From IMG/VR virus record IMGVR_UViG_3300031595_000166, positions 93,263 through 157,262 of that record: a stretch of 64,000 bases of DNA; one strand, written 5' to 3'. Each line of letters opens with the position of its first letter. The stretch's first letter is position 1. Shown here one piece after another: positions 49,556-60,552 of this stretch. Origin of the DNA: a virus. Under the pieces are notes generated by a model, which worked only from the letters and a program-made list of their open reading frames with translations, was not told where the DNA came from and searched no databases. The position numbers and the translations under genes are program-made.

Positions 49556-50610
49556 TTGGAAGCTTCACTTTCTTTTCGAAGTCTAATTGATTCTTTCAGC
49601 TTGTTCATTTCGTCGGATAGGTATCGCCTTGCTTCAAGCAAACAATGAGAAACGTAGTGTTTTTGAACTATACTAATAGCCTTTTCACGAGCCTCACTAT
49701 TACCAACTATACCACCGCGCAATGCATTATCCATGTCTTTTCTAAGTCTAATAATTTCTGATTGATATCTAGAGATATCATCAGTAGGTATATTTATAAA
49801 CGAAAGACCTAACGTATCAATAAAATCCAAAACCACTTGATAGTATAGATATTCTCTAACGAATCTATACACCATATTTACCACATTTCTGTAATCTTGT
49901 TCTTGGTTATTGTTATTGACTTTCAGTCCGCTTCTCATGAGTTCACTAATACAACATAAATCAAGTCCTAACTTATTTATGGCATCATCCACTATCTTTC
50001 TAAGATCACCATTGATGAAAAATATGGCTATATTCTTCATGTCGTGGTAGAAAGAGTTTCTATACGCCCCATCATTTGGGGGATCTGTTCTAATTGAATC
50101 GAGTATTATGTATAGAGCTTGTTGTGTGGATAGTTTTCGCTCATCTGGGAACTTATCCTCCCTTAACGAGTTTAAGTAGTTCACTGTATCTAAATTAATA
50201 GCGAATGATATCAATTCATTGCTGTCATTTCCACATAACCTTACCGCGTAATCACAAAACCCATACAACAACTGTTTTGTATCAGTAAACAATAAACTGC
50301 ATGGAACATGCAGTAATGACCCTATACCTGTTTCACCAAACAACTTAGCATATAAATTCTCGGTGGCAGCCTCTTCTCGTTTTTTCTTATCATTTTCTAC
50401 TCTGGCTTTTTGATCATCCATACCGCGTTGGTGCGAGTGATTATCTATCCACCACATACCTGCAAGCGTAATGAATGATGGAAAACAAACAACCACCATT
50501 TCTTTGCAGACCGCAATTAGACTAATTGGAACTGAACACCAGTTCAGTACTAGAATAATCCATCCTATTGAAAATAGGAATATAATTCCCATTGACATCC
50601 TAGTTATCAT
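49552..50610 (-). CDS. Membrane-anchored hypothetical protein inside the R-M locus
   Basis: Two N-terminal hydrophobic helices; ATGA-coupled to the helicase gene. Confidence 0.65.
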   Translation of the reverse strand: MITRMSMGIIFLFSIGWIILVLNWCSVPISLIAVCKEMVVVCFPSFITLAGMWWIDNHSHQRGMDDQKARVENDKKKREEAATENLYAKLFGETGIGSLLHVPCSLLFTDTKQLLYGFCDYAVRLCGNDSNELISFAINLDTVNYLNSLREDKFPDERKLSTQQALYIILDSIRTDPPNDGAYRNSFYHDMKNIAIFFINGDLRKIVDDAINKLGLDLCCISELMRSGLKVNNNNQEQDYRNVVNMVYRFVREYLYYQVVLDFIDTLGLSFINIPTDDISRYQSEIIRLRKDMDNALRGGIVGNSEAREKAISIVQKHYVSHCLLEARRYLSDEMNKLKESIRLRKESEASK

Positions 50611-50621
50611 TATTGCTGATC

Positions 50622-52253
50622 CTATATTGCGTTGGCTAGTTTATCGAAGTCTTGCGAATCAAGATCAACGACTTCTGCCTTTGATTTTTGTGTGCGTTGT
50701 TTCTTTTCTGCTTTGACTTTAGGGACGTTGGCAGGCTTAGGCGCGCGAAACATTGGGAAGTCCTTGACGAAGTTTTCACAATACTCAGCTTCATCTTTTG
50801 AAAGACCCCACCAAGCATAAACATCGGAATCATTCCAAGAACGAGTAGAATCAGGAACTGGAACCCAACTGAATACTCGTTTTGGCATATGGTGCGTTCC
50901 TTTACGAACCGATATCATCGCTTGAACTGGCTTAGTGTTTAAATAGCTTGCGAAATTTTTCGCTTCCGCTTTTGATCCAAAATGACTAATGACCATATAC
51001 GATTGTGTAATTATAGCATTAGGCTCAACAATGAATACATCGCCAGTACCATCTTTACCTTTTCCGCTTGCATTGGCAATGCACACTTTCCATCTTGGAA
51101 TACTATCAACGTTTTTAGACACAAGCTTCTTTGCTATGTGATTGATTACATCACCTTTTCCATTTCCCCCGCTACAATGGCAAGCATAGGATTCATCCTT
51201 ATCATTAGTCCATTCACTATGGTTAGTCATAATTCCATATGGAGTCTGACCAAACATAACCTGATCGATCGTAAATTTTGACTTAGTCAATGTTTTAGTC
51301 TTGATACTAATAGCAACAGTATCCGTTATGATCGGATCTTTGGGTACCAACTCATAGTTGGTACTAGTGGTGATTACCACTTTCGGATCCTTCTTAGACT
51401 TATTACTAGTGGTAATCACCACTTTAGGATCATTCTTAGAATGATCATACAAAAAGAACATTGCCCCACCCTTCAATAGGATATCAGGAAACCATTCTTT
51501 GGCATCTTCAACGGTCGTCATACTAACGACCTTATTACACGATGTCATATCATCAAGAAACTTCTCAGTCCCTTTACCATCACCGCTCATCCACTTCGAC
51601 GGAATAACCATACTTAGATACTTAGGCTTGCATTCAATAGCCTTCTCAACGAAGGCTGGATACAATGCCGATGACGAAGTTTTACCATCCGCAACCGTCA
51701 ATTGGTAAGGTGGATTACCAACGATACAATCAAACTTCACGAACTTCTTTTTGCTACCATTAGCCATAACTACCTCTATATCACCATTAGTGAAAACTTC
51801 AACTCTTTTATCATCAATGAAGTCAGCCACATATACCTCACTTGGTCGTGTCTCCCAAGTATTCATATCATCCCACGCCATAGCAAGAAAATGACGCTTA
51901 ACCAACTTCTCCGTCCTTGCAGAACAGAACGAAGTAATCATATGCTTCATAATCCATTCACGCCTAACACCCTTATCAGTAAGGTCAGGATCGTGTGCCA
52001 ACCCATTCATCAGTCGACAAAAGATCGCATACTCAAACACACCGTTCTTGCTAACTGGCACAAGCCAACGCAGGTTCCTATTGCTCCATACACCAATAGG
52101 AAACTCACTCAATACACGCTCAACCAAACTCGTTGGCGTGAATACAACAACGTCATCATTCTTCTTTTGAATGGGCGGGGGAAGTTCATCGATTAGTTGG
52201 AAACTCATTGTCATATTCCTTAGTTCATAAACCAATTCTGAATTCTTCGCCAC
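50622..52253 (-). CDS. Eco57I-like adenine DNA methyltransferase with a target-recognition region
   Basis: VFTP, degenerate motif I WLVPVSKNGVF, FDCIVGNPPYQ, VIPSKW, FSWVPVPD. Confidence 0.85.
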   Translation of the reverse strand: MAKNSELVYELRNMTMSFQLIDELPPPIQKKNDDVVVFTPTSLVERVLSEFPIGVWSNRNLRWLVPVSKNGVFEYAIFCRLMNGLAHDPDLTDKGVRREWIMKHMITSFCSARTEKLVKRHFLAMAWDDMNTWETRPSEVYVADFIDDKRVEVFTNGDIEVVMANGSKKKFVKFDCIVGNPPYQLTVADGKTSSSALYPAFVEKAIECKPKYLSMVIPSKWMSGDGKGTEKFLDDMTSCNKVVSMTTVEDAKEWFPDILLKGGAMFFLYDHSKNDPKVVITTSNKSKKDPKVVITTSTNYELVPKDPIITDTVAISIKTKTLTKSKFTIDQVMFGQTPYGIMTNHSEWTNDKDESYACHCSGGNGKGDVINHIAKKLVSKNVDSIPRWKVCIANASGKGKDGTGDVFIVEPNAIITQSYMVISHFGSKAEAKNFASYLNTKPVQAMISVRKGTHHMPKRVFSWVPVPDSTRSWNDSDVYAWWGLSKDEAEYCENFVKDFPMFRAPKPANVPKVKAEKKQRTQKSKAEVVDLDSQDFDKLANAI

Positions 52254-52588
52254 ACACTAAGTGGCTTAGCATACGGAGGATCTACCATAATGAGATCAAC
52301 CTTTGGTGGTGATGCCACGCCCATTCGAGCATTGGTCAATCGAAACTTCGCAGATTTACCTCCACCAATCACGTTGAATATAACTAAGCCTTTCGCATTC
52401 TTTTTTGAAACACTTTGATTATCGGAATAACGATTCATATCAGTACGCAATGTAGCCTCTGGCGTGTAGGCAGTAGAACTAATACTAACCAATTTTTGCT
52501 TCTTTATTTCAGCCCATATATCATTAGCCGTCATTGGAACATTACCATTTTGTCTCAACACAATCTCTGCTGCTTTCACTTTTGTCAT
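52220..52588 (-). CDS. HARE-HTH (HB1/ASXL/restriction endonuclease) domain protein
   Basis: AAEIVLR..PMT.NDIW..I..L..TPEATL. Confidence 0.75.
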   Translation of the reverse strand: MTKVKAAEIVLRQNGNVPMTANDIWAEIKKQKLVSISSTAYTPEATLRTDMNRYSDNQSVSKKNAKGLVIFNVIGGGKSAKFRLTNARMGVASPPKVDLIMVDPPYAKPLSVWRRIQNWFMN

Positions 52589-52636
52589 TGTAATTCTCCT
52601 TGTAAGTGGCAAACGTGATTGCTTGCCGATGACACC

Positions 52637-52665
52637 AACATAGGGCTCGGATTCACCGAGCGCAA
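52637..52665 (-). promoter_or_regulatory. Sigma70-type promoter (variant)
   Basis: TTGCGC-N17-TATGTT; same variant as at 63789. Confidence 0.55.
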
Positions 52666-52732
52666 GGACTGAACGTTGGTCAAGTAGTGCCACCTAACTA
52701 CTTGATATCCCGTCAATTCAACGCACATTTAC

Positions 52733-53314
52733 CTACACTGGCTTACGAAACACACTCAGTTCTTTGTCTACACGAATCTTGCCAGGATTATTCCCCTTAT
52801 ACTCTTTACCATCAAACACTCTAACAACCATCTTCCTAACGGCTTTACTCATTGCTACTACGTGTTCGGTTGGCAACTGATCAAACGATTGAATCTCGTT
52901 CAAGTTTTCCTTCAACGTATCTTCGGTATGACGAATATTCGTTTCCACTATACATACACAATCAACTACGATATCAATCGCTTGTTTTTTGGTAAGTCTT
53001 TTTCGACTGCAAAGATATGGAAAGACAATGTCATTGTATATTCGCTTATGACATTCGATTACATTGTCTGGCATAATATCAAAACCGAATGTCGTATTCA
53101 ATGCTTGTTCGAGCGAATGTCTCTTCTTCAATTTACGACGAAGAATCGCAATGACGAAGTTTCCATTTCCACAAGTTGGTTCTAACCATACGCGATCAGA
53201 TTTCCACGCATCCTTAGGGAATTGATTCAACATTGCTTCAACTAATTCAGGAGGCGTGAATACTTCACCAACATCTCTTACACGATCTTTTGATTTGATT
53301 AATGATTGCGACAT
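52733..53314 (-). CDS. Short N6-adenine methyltransferase-like protein (SAM-binding half only)
   Basis: GEVFTP, LEPTCGNGNF, GFDIMPDNV; no NPPY motif. Confidence 0.8.
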   Translation of the reverse strand: MSQSLIKSKDRVRDVGEVFTPPELVEAMLNQFPKDAWKSDRVWLEPTCGNGNFVIAILRRKLKKRHSLEQALNTTFGFDIMPDNVIECHKRIYNDIVFPYLCSRKRLTKKQAIDIVVDCVCIVETNIRHTEDTLKENLNEIQSFDQLPTEHVVAMSKAVRKMVVRVFDGKEYKGNNPGKIRVDKELSVFRKPV

Positions 53315-54136
53315 ATGATCTCTCTTATTGGTATATATCACGTAATGTGTATTCTTGTGTAATTAATGATACTTTTACAGCATACTATATGGACAGGTAT
53401 GTTCAGTAGAACAATCTGCTTCATAACGAGGCTTTATCTAATAAGGGTATGGGCATCGTATTTTACGATCAGTTTTCAGTTCTGGTCATAAACGGATACT
53501 TCTGCCACTAAGTATATAAGGGATAGGATTTACCAATCCTACCAAAATAAGACATGAAACAACATAAGCTATACTATTGGCTAATGGTGTTGATGGTCAT
53601 ATTATCATCCTTGCAGCTTACGCAAGATATGAAAAATGATCCAACTGCATTAGCCGATCTATGGGATATGTCTTGTGAATTGAACAAACGATCTTAATCG
53701 TTTCGTAAAAAACACAATCCATTTTATCCATCCTACTTCAGTGTAGGGGGATCGTGTATCTAAAATCTGATATGACTATAAGTGTATGATATCATTCACT
53801 AATTACCCATCGCCATCTTCTCCGAACACACCCTACCCACCCATCTCGGAATCTTCCTACCATTGATCACACACCAATAACGAACCATCAACAGCAGTCC
53901 CCAAAATACATTACCTTATTACCCAATCCAGTATGCCTTAGCCAACTCAACCTTACCTTCATCAGTCAGTCGTATCTTATCAACACCAGCGCAAACCTCA
54001 ATCAAGTCTCGTCGCTTCAATGCAACAGCAGTTCGAACTGGAATATCATCAAACGGGCAGCCAGAATTATTACCAGGGAAGGCAATCTCCCACGAGTAGA
54101 TATCATACAATACTTCGTACATCTTCGTTGAGATTT

Positions 54137-54610
54137 TCATCGCTTCACCTTCTCTCTGAGAAACCTATTCACAGTCTCTTCTCCATCAACCAAACACCCA
54201 TTATAGTCAATCGTCTTCTTATTCCCTATTGTAATAGGATCAAGCGTTCCGCCAATATCCAACACACACTTTGCCCACGCTGGCGTATGCACACCAAAAT
54301 CAACAATCAGGTGCCCAGCCTCGTGCAACATCAACTTCTCATTGCCAACACTCTCATAGCAAACCATACAGATATGTCTTTCACCGTTTGCCATCAACAT
54401 AGCGTGTGCAATACTATCACCCGCTTTCATTCCATATATGCTTCGTGCTTTTGGTTCAAAAACAAAACCTCCACAACCACATCCATTGATTGTTAGATGA
54501 GTAAGTTGCTTGATTGGCTTCAAACATTCGGGGAATTGATTCCTATCCGTGAATGTTCTCTTCGCTCTTTTATGAGCGATATTATGAAGTGTTCGGAATA
54601 TGTAGTTCAT
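54137..54610 (-). CDS. SprT-like HExxH zinc metallopeptidase
   Basis: MLHEAGHL..VHTPAW..IGG; paralog of 6229..6615. Confidence 0.65.
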   Translation of the reverse strand: MNYIFRTLHNIAHKRAKRTFTDRNQFPECLKPIKQLTHLTINGCGCGGFVFEPKARSIYGMKAGDSIAHAMLMANGERHICMVCYESVGNEKLMLHEAGHLIVDFGVHTPAWAKCVLDIGGTLDPITIGNKKTIDYNGCLVDGEETVNRFLREKVKR

Positions 54611-55425
54611 CCTACACCCCAACCAACAATCCCAAGACTCTCTTGCGGGCGCTCAATATCAACATACTTCTCCCCATCCCAACCATACCAGTATTGCTCG
54701 TCAAAATATGCACACATAACGCCGTCAAGCAACGGCTCAATAACAACCAAGCCATTCGTTCCGCCTTCGCACACGTCCCCTTCGTTTCTTTCAACAATCA
54801 TCACGGCACGATCAAAAGATGATGCCACTGCAACACATCTTGAATTGCTTCGATCTATGGTCGTAATAGCATACAATCGCTTCTGACCAACGTATTCAGC
54901 AGGCATATCTTTCTGCACGTGGCATCCAGTTTTCAATGCTACAACATTAGTAAGTGCATTCTGATATTGTTCTTTGTTCATAGCTCAATCCCCACCCCTG
55001 AAAAACCATCCCATAGTAATAGAAAACCCTAACACTACCAAAACCACAAACACTGTACTAATAATTAGAGACATAGTCATTCTCCTTATCCTACTCCATT
55101 TATAGTTCAATCACACCGTTCTTCAATGCATTATAGCAACGCAATGCAAGTTGACCAGTAGTATTCGTGGTATATACATCAGTATAATACTCGCTGTCAT
55201 CGTCATCCTCACAAGGAATAACAACTTCACTTTCAGTAATCAAACCGCGCCGAACCAGATCATCTGCTGTATCCCATTCATAATCTTCTAACGGTCCGGT
55301 TAGTTCCGTTCCAATGCAACGAGATAGAATGCTTGCTTCATTATCTGATATGACCTTCATTGTATTGCTCCTATTATGTTCTCAGGCAAACCCACCAATG
55401 ACGATAGGCTTGCCCAATCCTATAA

Positions 55426-55737
55426 TTAGAGAATTGGATCCGTGCCCGGAATAAAATCATACTCGTCGTCAGCATTACTACGAGCATCCTGCTTATCTGC
55501 CACTCGATTGGGCTGATAGTTATCACGCGTCCGACTTCCATTGCCAGCAGGCTTGAAGTAGATCTTTGCCGTCCGCTCACCTTCGCACGGAATATTTGCG
55601 ATTACTGCAATGCGCATAAAACCAAGGGTAAGTATTCCGCACATAATTTCCCTGTCCGGATTATTCTTACACTCTTTAATCTCGCACTCCACGATTATCT
55701 GATCACTATTATTCTTCGACATCACCATAGTATTCAC
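55426..55737 (-). CDS. Small beta-rich protein with an acidic tail (possibly ssDNA-binding)
   Basis: Beta-rich N-terminus, disordered linker, ends DDEYDFIPGTDPIL. Confidence 0.35.
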   Translation of the reverse strand: MNTMVMSKNNSDQIIVECEIKECKNNPDREIMCGILTLGFMRIAVIANIPCEGERTAKIYFKPAGNGSRTRDNYQPNRVADKQDARSNADDEYDFIPGTDPIL

Positions 55738-56785
55738 TTACCTTTTACCTATATGATATACAACCCAACAAGACGAAACCATTTTCGTCCGTTTCAGATC
55801 TCATCACAAGAAACTTACGAATTACTTTCTCCAACTTCCATAAAACGCATACACCAATATACCAACAAGACCACATAAAACACTAATGCTTAGCCACGAT
55901 GGTGCCGCATATACCTCATAAATGAACCAGCAGAACCCAAACACAAGCACCAATGCACTTACAACCAACGTTATACGTGCTCCTCGATCAATAACTCTAT
56001 CCCAATTCATTATAGTCTCCCAGCGAACTTCTTATTCTCATTCGCATTCTTGATTAGACGATCCCTATCTGCCTTTGTGTATTGGAAGCCGGGGTAATTT
56101 TCAATACGGCTGTTCATACACATACCACACTTGACGCAGAAGCACAATCCGTTATGTGTCATATGGTAGTCGAACTCATTGTTAGTATTCTTATGACTAC
56201 AAGTTGCTCGTTCAAGTTTCTTGTCAGTGAATGCCTTTACATTATTCATTAAGCTCTCCCAACTTCTTTGGTTGTAAGTCCTTTGAACTGAATGAACTCA
56301 ATGAATTCCGCAGCAGTTGCAGGCTCACAGATATTCACGAGTTGTTCTCCATACATTTTCCTGCCAAGAGCAGATTGGCTTGTGAGTTTTCCAGCAGCAT
56401 CGTAATGCTCCAAGAACTCCACAACAACACCAAGCGGTTGCATATCAGTCCAGATTGTTTCGTGTTCCGGTGAAGCCGAAACCATAGAGCATTTGATCAC
56501 ATAACCTTCGGGCGTTGTGTATGTGCTCCAACCTCCAATGAGTGCCATTTCATTCGACCACCAGCCGTATAGGGGACTAATTTTGTTAGACATTGTCTTA
56601 TCCTTTCAATGATATTACAGCCAAAACAATGGTTGCGATTGCGATGATTGCGACGTTTTTGTATGGTGATGTTTTTGAGATTGTGTTATCAAGTTCTTCT
56701 TGTGCTGGCATCACTACCATTGCTGATAGCATACCCATTCCTAATATGATGTATGTTTCCATATGGAACCTTTTGATGTGCGTAT

Positions 56786-56813
56786 AGTATAGCAACTGGA
56801 CGCTGGAAGTCAA
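56786..56813 (-). promoter_or_regulatory. Sigma70-type promoter
   Basis: TTGACT-N16-TATACT. Confidence 0.65.
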
Positions 56814-56820
56814 GGGGGTG

Positions 56821-56861
56821 AAAAAGAAAAACCCATCCGAAGCGCGTGCTCTGGATGGGTT
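56821..56861 (-). terminator. Rho-independent terminator
   Basis: ACCCATCC..GGATGGGT stem followed by TTTTCTTTTT on the minus strand. Confidence 0.85.
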
Positions 56862-56914
56862 AATGTAAGCAACTTGAACACAAGTGTGGAAGATAGCGCC
56901 CTTATGAAGGGAAT

Positions 56915-56956
56915 CCAATTACAACCGTCGAGGGGAGGATGTGCTATTGTAATTGG
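56915..56956 (-). ncRNA. Candidate sRNA hairpin with an anti-SD loop, between tRNA-Lys and the terminator
   Basis: 10-bp stem CCAATTACAA/TTGTAATTGG enclosing ATCCTCCCCTCGACGG. Confidence 0.45.
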
Positions 56957-56996
56957 CAACGCTCAATTGAGTTTTGATTGCTTACCTAAGCTGTTG

Positions 56997-57070
56997 TGGA
57001 TCTCCTCAGATTTGAACTGAGCCTAAAGGATTAAAAGTCCACTGTGCTAAGCCACTAACACTAGAGATCC
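56997..57070 (-). tRNA. tRNA-Lys(TTT)
   Basis: GGATCTC/GAGATCC acceptor, CTTTTAA loop, CTCAG-TTCAAAT-CTGAG T arm; weak anticodon stem. Confidence 0.85.
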
Positions 57071-57441
57071 ATTCCCCGAATAAGCATCGATAGGACACGC
57101 TCTTCCGCCACCGCGACAACATTGTTGATACCAATGTTGATACGACCTAATACTTATCTTCCTTACGAACCCAAACAACTGTGGGCGGAAGAGGCAAACC
57201 AAACGCTTCCCTAAACCTAAACCACCTATAACTCCAACTATACCCTCGTTGCCACGTCTCTTTAAGACAACGATACCTTAGGATTAGATTCTTGATCATT
57301 GTTTCTTCTCTTCCTCTTTACGTTTTGCTTCCGCTTTCTTTGCACCGCGACAGGAATAACATTCGCAGAGACACAAGGATGCTCCGTATTCATAACAGCA
57401 ACATCCATCTGCATTACAGCCGTAGTATAGTTGTGCTGGCA

Positions 57442-57756
57442 TTACTCCGAAGCCTTTTCTTCCGTTGTTTCAACAACAACGCTATCGTCCTTCACGTGAA
57501 TGCTCTTCAAGAACTTCGTCTTCTCTTCGCCTTCGAACGGCATCGGACGACCAAGAAGTTTCCAAGCATACTGGCGAACGTGATAGTTATCTGCATTGAC
57601 AGTAGCCCCAGGATTTTTCGGATCCCTTTTCTTGAACGGATCCTCCATCGATAGAAACTTCTCTGGCGGACACTCGCCATTCTTCATCGCCTTGATTGCC
57701 TGAGCTCGCGTGTAAACCTTCTCTGCCTTGACTTTATTCTTGTTATTATTACCCAT
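57442..57756 (-). CDS. Hypothetical protein
   Basis: AGGAG RBS; ORF. Confidence 0.65.
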   Translation of the reverse strand: MGNNNKNKVKAEKVYTRAQAIKAMKNGECPPEKFLSMEDPFKKRDPKNPGATVNADNYHVRQYAWKLLGRPMPFEGEEKTKFLKSIHVKDDSVVVETTEEKASE

Positions 57757-58703
57757 GTTAATTCTCCTGGTTGATTACCATTTCTGAATTGATTGACTAA
57801 CGACCTGACTTACGATACTGCAAACCAAAAAACGCAAACAAAAATCCGAACCCAATAAACACACAAGCAATTACCACGCGCATTGATCCGTGTCCGTTAG
57901 TGAACATACTCCATACACCAAACAATACATAGAACAATGCGAGGACAAAACGCTTCGTTGAAGACTTCATGACTGCTTACAACTTTCTGCAACTACGCTA
58001 AGCATACTAAACTCAGCAACCACATCCGTATCATCCGAATGGTTCGCCAATGACTTAGCCGTCTGAACAATTTCCATCGGAGTGAAGTCGGCATACACGG
58101 ATGCCAACGATTCAAGTGGCAATTCCGATTCCGCATTACCGTCATACCACGGTAGCAATGAATCTGGAATGTGCTTCCGCATTTTCACAACATCAAAATC
58201 TGGCAACTGCATATGATTATGCAACAGTGCCATGAATAAACAGTCCATAGTTTTACGAGTAGCAAACTTTTTGCTCATACAGATCTCCTATTTTCGTAAA
58301 CGATTTTCATCGTCCAAGCAATACATGACAGCACGCCATAACAGACAAAAAACGCACCAACAATATACCATACCAATGAGCGAGTTCCATGGAACATAAT
58401 GCTAAGCCCACAAACAATATTCCAAACTGATATTACAAGCTCAAACCAATTGCTTTTCATTTTAACTCACTAGGTATTACAGTATATACCATATATGCAC
58501 CAAGACCAATCAACCACACACCAAGACCAATCAATAATGCTGAATGCGGCGGGGAAATGATATCATATAAGCCAACACAGATATCTGCCAGTCCTATAAC
58601 TAACCAAAAACTCTTCATATGAATTTTCCTATTGTGTGTTATGGCGCGCTCGGAATTGATACCGATCTCATCTCTATGGATTAACACGCGCTCATCAACT
58701 TAC

Positions 58704-58732
58704 AATCTAACCACGCCCAGCAGACTTGTCAA
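58704..58732 (-). promoter_or_regulatory. Sigma70-type promoter
   Basis: TTGACA-N17-TAGATT. Confidence 0.75.
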
Positions 58733-58787
58733 GCCCAGCCAGCCCAGCGATATACCGTATACAAACCAACAATTAGCATCACGCCAA

Positions 58788-59303
58788 TCATTTACTGACA
58801 GACAATGACAAGTCAGCAACCATCGTGTAATGAACATCAACCGCAGACGCAGGCACACACGTGCTTAGATCAACAGTGATGGTAGCACTACCAGTAGTAA
58901 GAATACCAACAAGGGTTGCATTGTCAAGCAGAATCGGAAGCGGAACGACACCATTGACGGGAGTAAAATCCGTTTCAGACAACAGTTGTTGTGGTTGATT
59001 GTCATTGTTGATGAACACGCGTGCGTGCTTGAACGATGATAGATCACCAGACAACTGGTTCTCAGTGAAGACAACAGTAAGCGTACCATTCTTCTTCAAC
59101 TGCGAAAGAGGATCATGAATATCAATCGTCGTGCTTTGAGTTGTAGTGAAGACGGTTGCATTGGAACAGATTGGAGGAGAGAAACCACCGAGTGATGGTA
59201 GAGCGAATTGCATATCTTCATTGACAACAATGGTATCTGAAAGAGTTCCAGATACACACGCACACACACTTGCACACGCGAGCATAGATAGTAGAGTTTT
59301 CAT
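58788..59303 (-). CDS. Lipoprotein
   Basis: Lipobox VCAC; beta-rich body. Confidence 0.65.
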   Translation of the reverse strand: MKTLLSMLACASVCACVSGTLSDTIVVNEDMQFALPSLGGFSPPICSNATVFTTTQSTTIDIHDPLSQLKKNGTLTVVFTENQLSGDLSSFKHARVFINNDNQPQQLLSETDFTPVNGVVPLPILLDNATLVGILTTGSATITVDLSTCVPASAVDVHYTMVADLSLSVSK

Positions 59304-59320
59304 TGTTCGATTTCCTTTTA

Positions 59321-59707
59321 TTAGATCGCTGTTAGCTTATACTTCTTGCCATCAATCTCAACTTCTTTACCATCGCAAGGATCGGATTGCTTGTTGAGTT
59401 TTGCAACTTCCAGTTTCCAATCGGCTTCGGAATATTGCTTGTCATTGAGATACCAGTATTTGGTTCCATTAGTAAACTCAACAGCAGGTCCATCTTCTCG
59501 ATGATATTTGCCATTGAGATACCAACATTTGTTTCCCTTAGTATCCTCAATAGCAGGTCCATCTTTCCGATGGAGATTGCCATTGAGATACCATTCTTTG
59601 TTTCCATTAGCATACTCAACAGCAGGTCCATCTTCTCGATGACATTTGCCATTGAGAAACCATTCGCGAGTTCCGTTGTCGTAAACCTTTACAGTGTATT
59701 CAATCAT
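59321..59707 (-). CDS. Family B HREDGPA-repeat protein (type 2 caps)
   Basis: MIEYTVKV N-cap; C-cap DPCDGKEVEIDGKKYKLTAI. Confidence 0.85.
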   Translation of the reverse strand: MIEYTVKVYDNGTREWFLNGKCHREDGPAVEYANGNKEWYLNGNLHRKDGPAIEDTKGNKCWYLNGKYHREDGPAVEFTNGTKYWYLNDKQYSEADWKLEVAKLNKQSDPCDGKEVEIDGKKYKLTAI

Positions 59708-59721
59708 TTGATTTTACCCTC

Positions 59722-60552
59722 TCAAAACAACCAATCAAAACCAAGTTTTCCCGCGGGACTAACAAGGCTAACATTCGGATTGCCAATCGAAACACCTGAT
59801 GGCAACGTGAATGCATTACCAAAATGGCTTACATTCGCATCAATGTGCACGACACCACCACGCACGAAGAAACGAAAATGCCTACGAGAACCGAACTCAA
59901 AACCAAGCAGAGCATCCTCATATGTATATGCAATAACCGGACTGCTCTTGACATTAGGAACAGAGGACGGGAAGAAACCACCACCATCAAAAGTTAGAGT
60001 AAGACTAACAGGAGACTTGAATGGATCAAGAGTTGCGTGTCCTGAAAGACCTTCACCAACATAATTGTAGTTGCCGCCAACACCAACCTTCAACCACGGA
60101 AGGAACGGGCTAACGAGAAGACCAATCTCCGCTCCACCGGGAAAACCAACGCTTGAATACAAACCCGCATGGAGCTTATACGGACTTGAACTACTAATGT
60201 CAGGATGGTATTCCGTTCGATAGTTCGGCTGCGCGACCGGCTCAGACTGAACTGGCACAGCAGTAGGGACAGACACAGTCGAACTATTCCAACCGGGCGG
60301 AACAACAAGCTGATTCGGCACAACCAATTGAGATTCAATTGATGGAACGATCAACTCAGGTTGAGCAACAGGAGGCGCAGTAATCTGATTGACGATATCA
60401 TTCGCAATCTGCGTATCAGAGTGGACAGTTTTCGATGCATCATCAACAACAGTCTCGCTATTATTCGACGGACTCTCTTGCGCCATTGCAGTGGTTGCAA
60501 CGCTAACAACGCACAATGCAAACAGTGAGCTAATGATCTCTCTCGTATTCAT
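59722..60552 (-). CDS. Outer-membrane beta-barrel protein
   Basis: Signal peptide, Pro-rich linker, amphipathic strands, C-terminal Phe (GFDWLF). Confidence 0.7.
   Translation of the reverse strand: MNTREIISSLFALCVVSVATTAMAQESPSNNSETVVDDASKTVHSDTQIANDIVNQITAPPVAQPELIVPSIESQLVVPNQLVVPPGWNSSTVSVPTAVPVQSEPVAQPNYRTEYHPDISSSSPYKLHAGLYSSVGFPGGAEIGLLVSPFLPWLKVGVGGNYNYVGEGLSGHATLDPFKSPVSLTLTFDGGGFFPSSVPNVKSSPVIAYTYEDALLGFEFGSRRHFRFFVRGGVVHIDANVSHFGNAFTLPSGVSIGNPNVSLVSPAGKLGFDWLF

Noticed and set aside
53341-53918. ORF-poor stretch of about 580 bp as an ncRNA or origin
   Set aside because: No convincing stems or iterons found by eye; it looks like short or decayed ORFs, so it is left unannotated.
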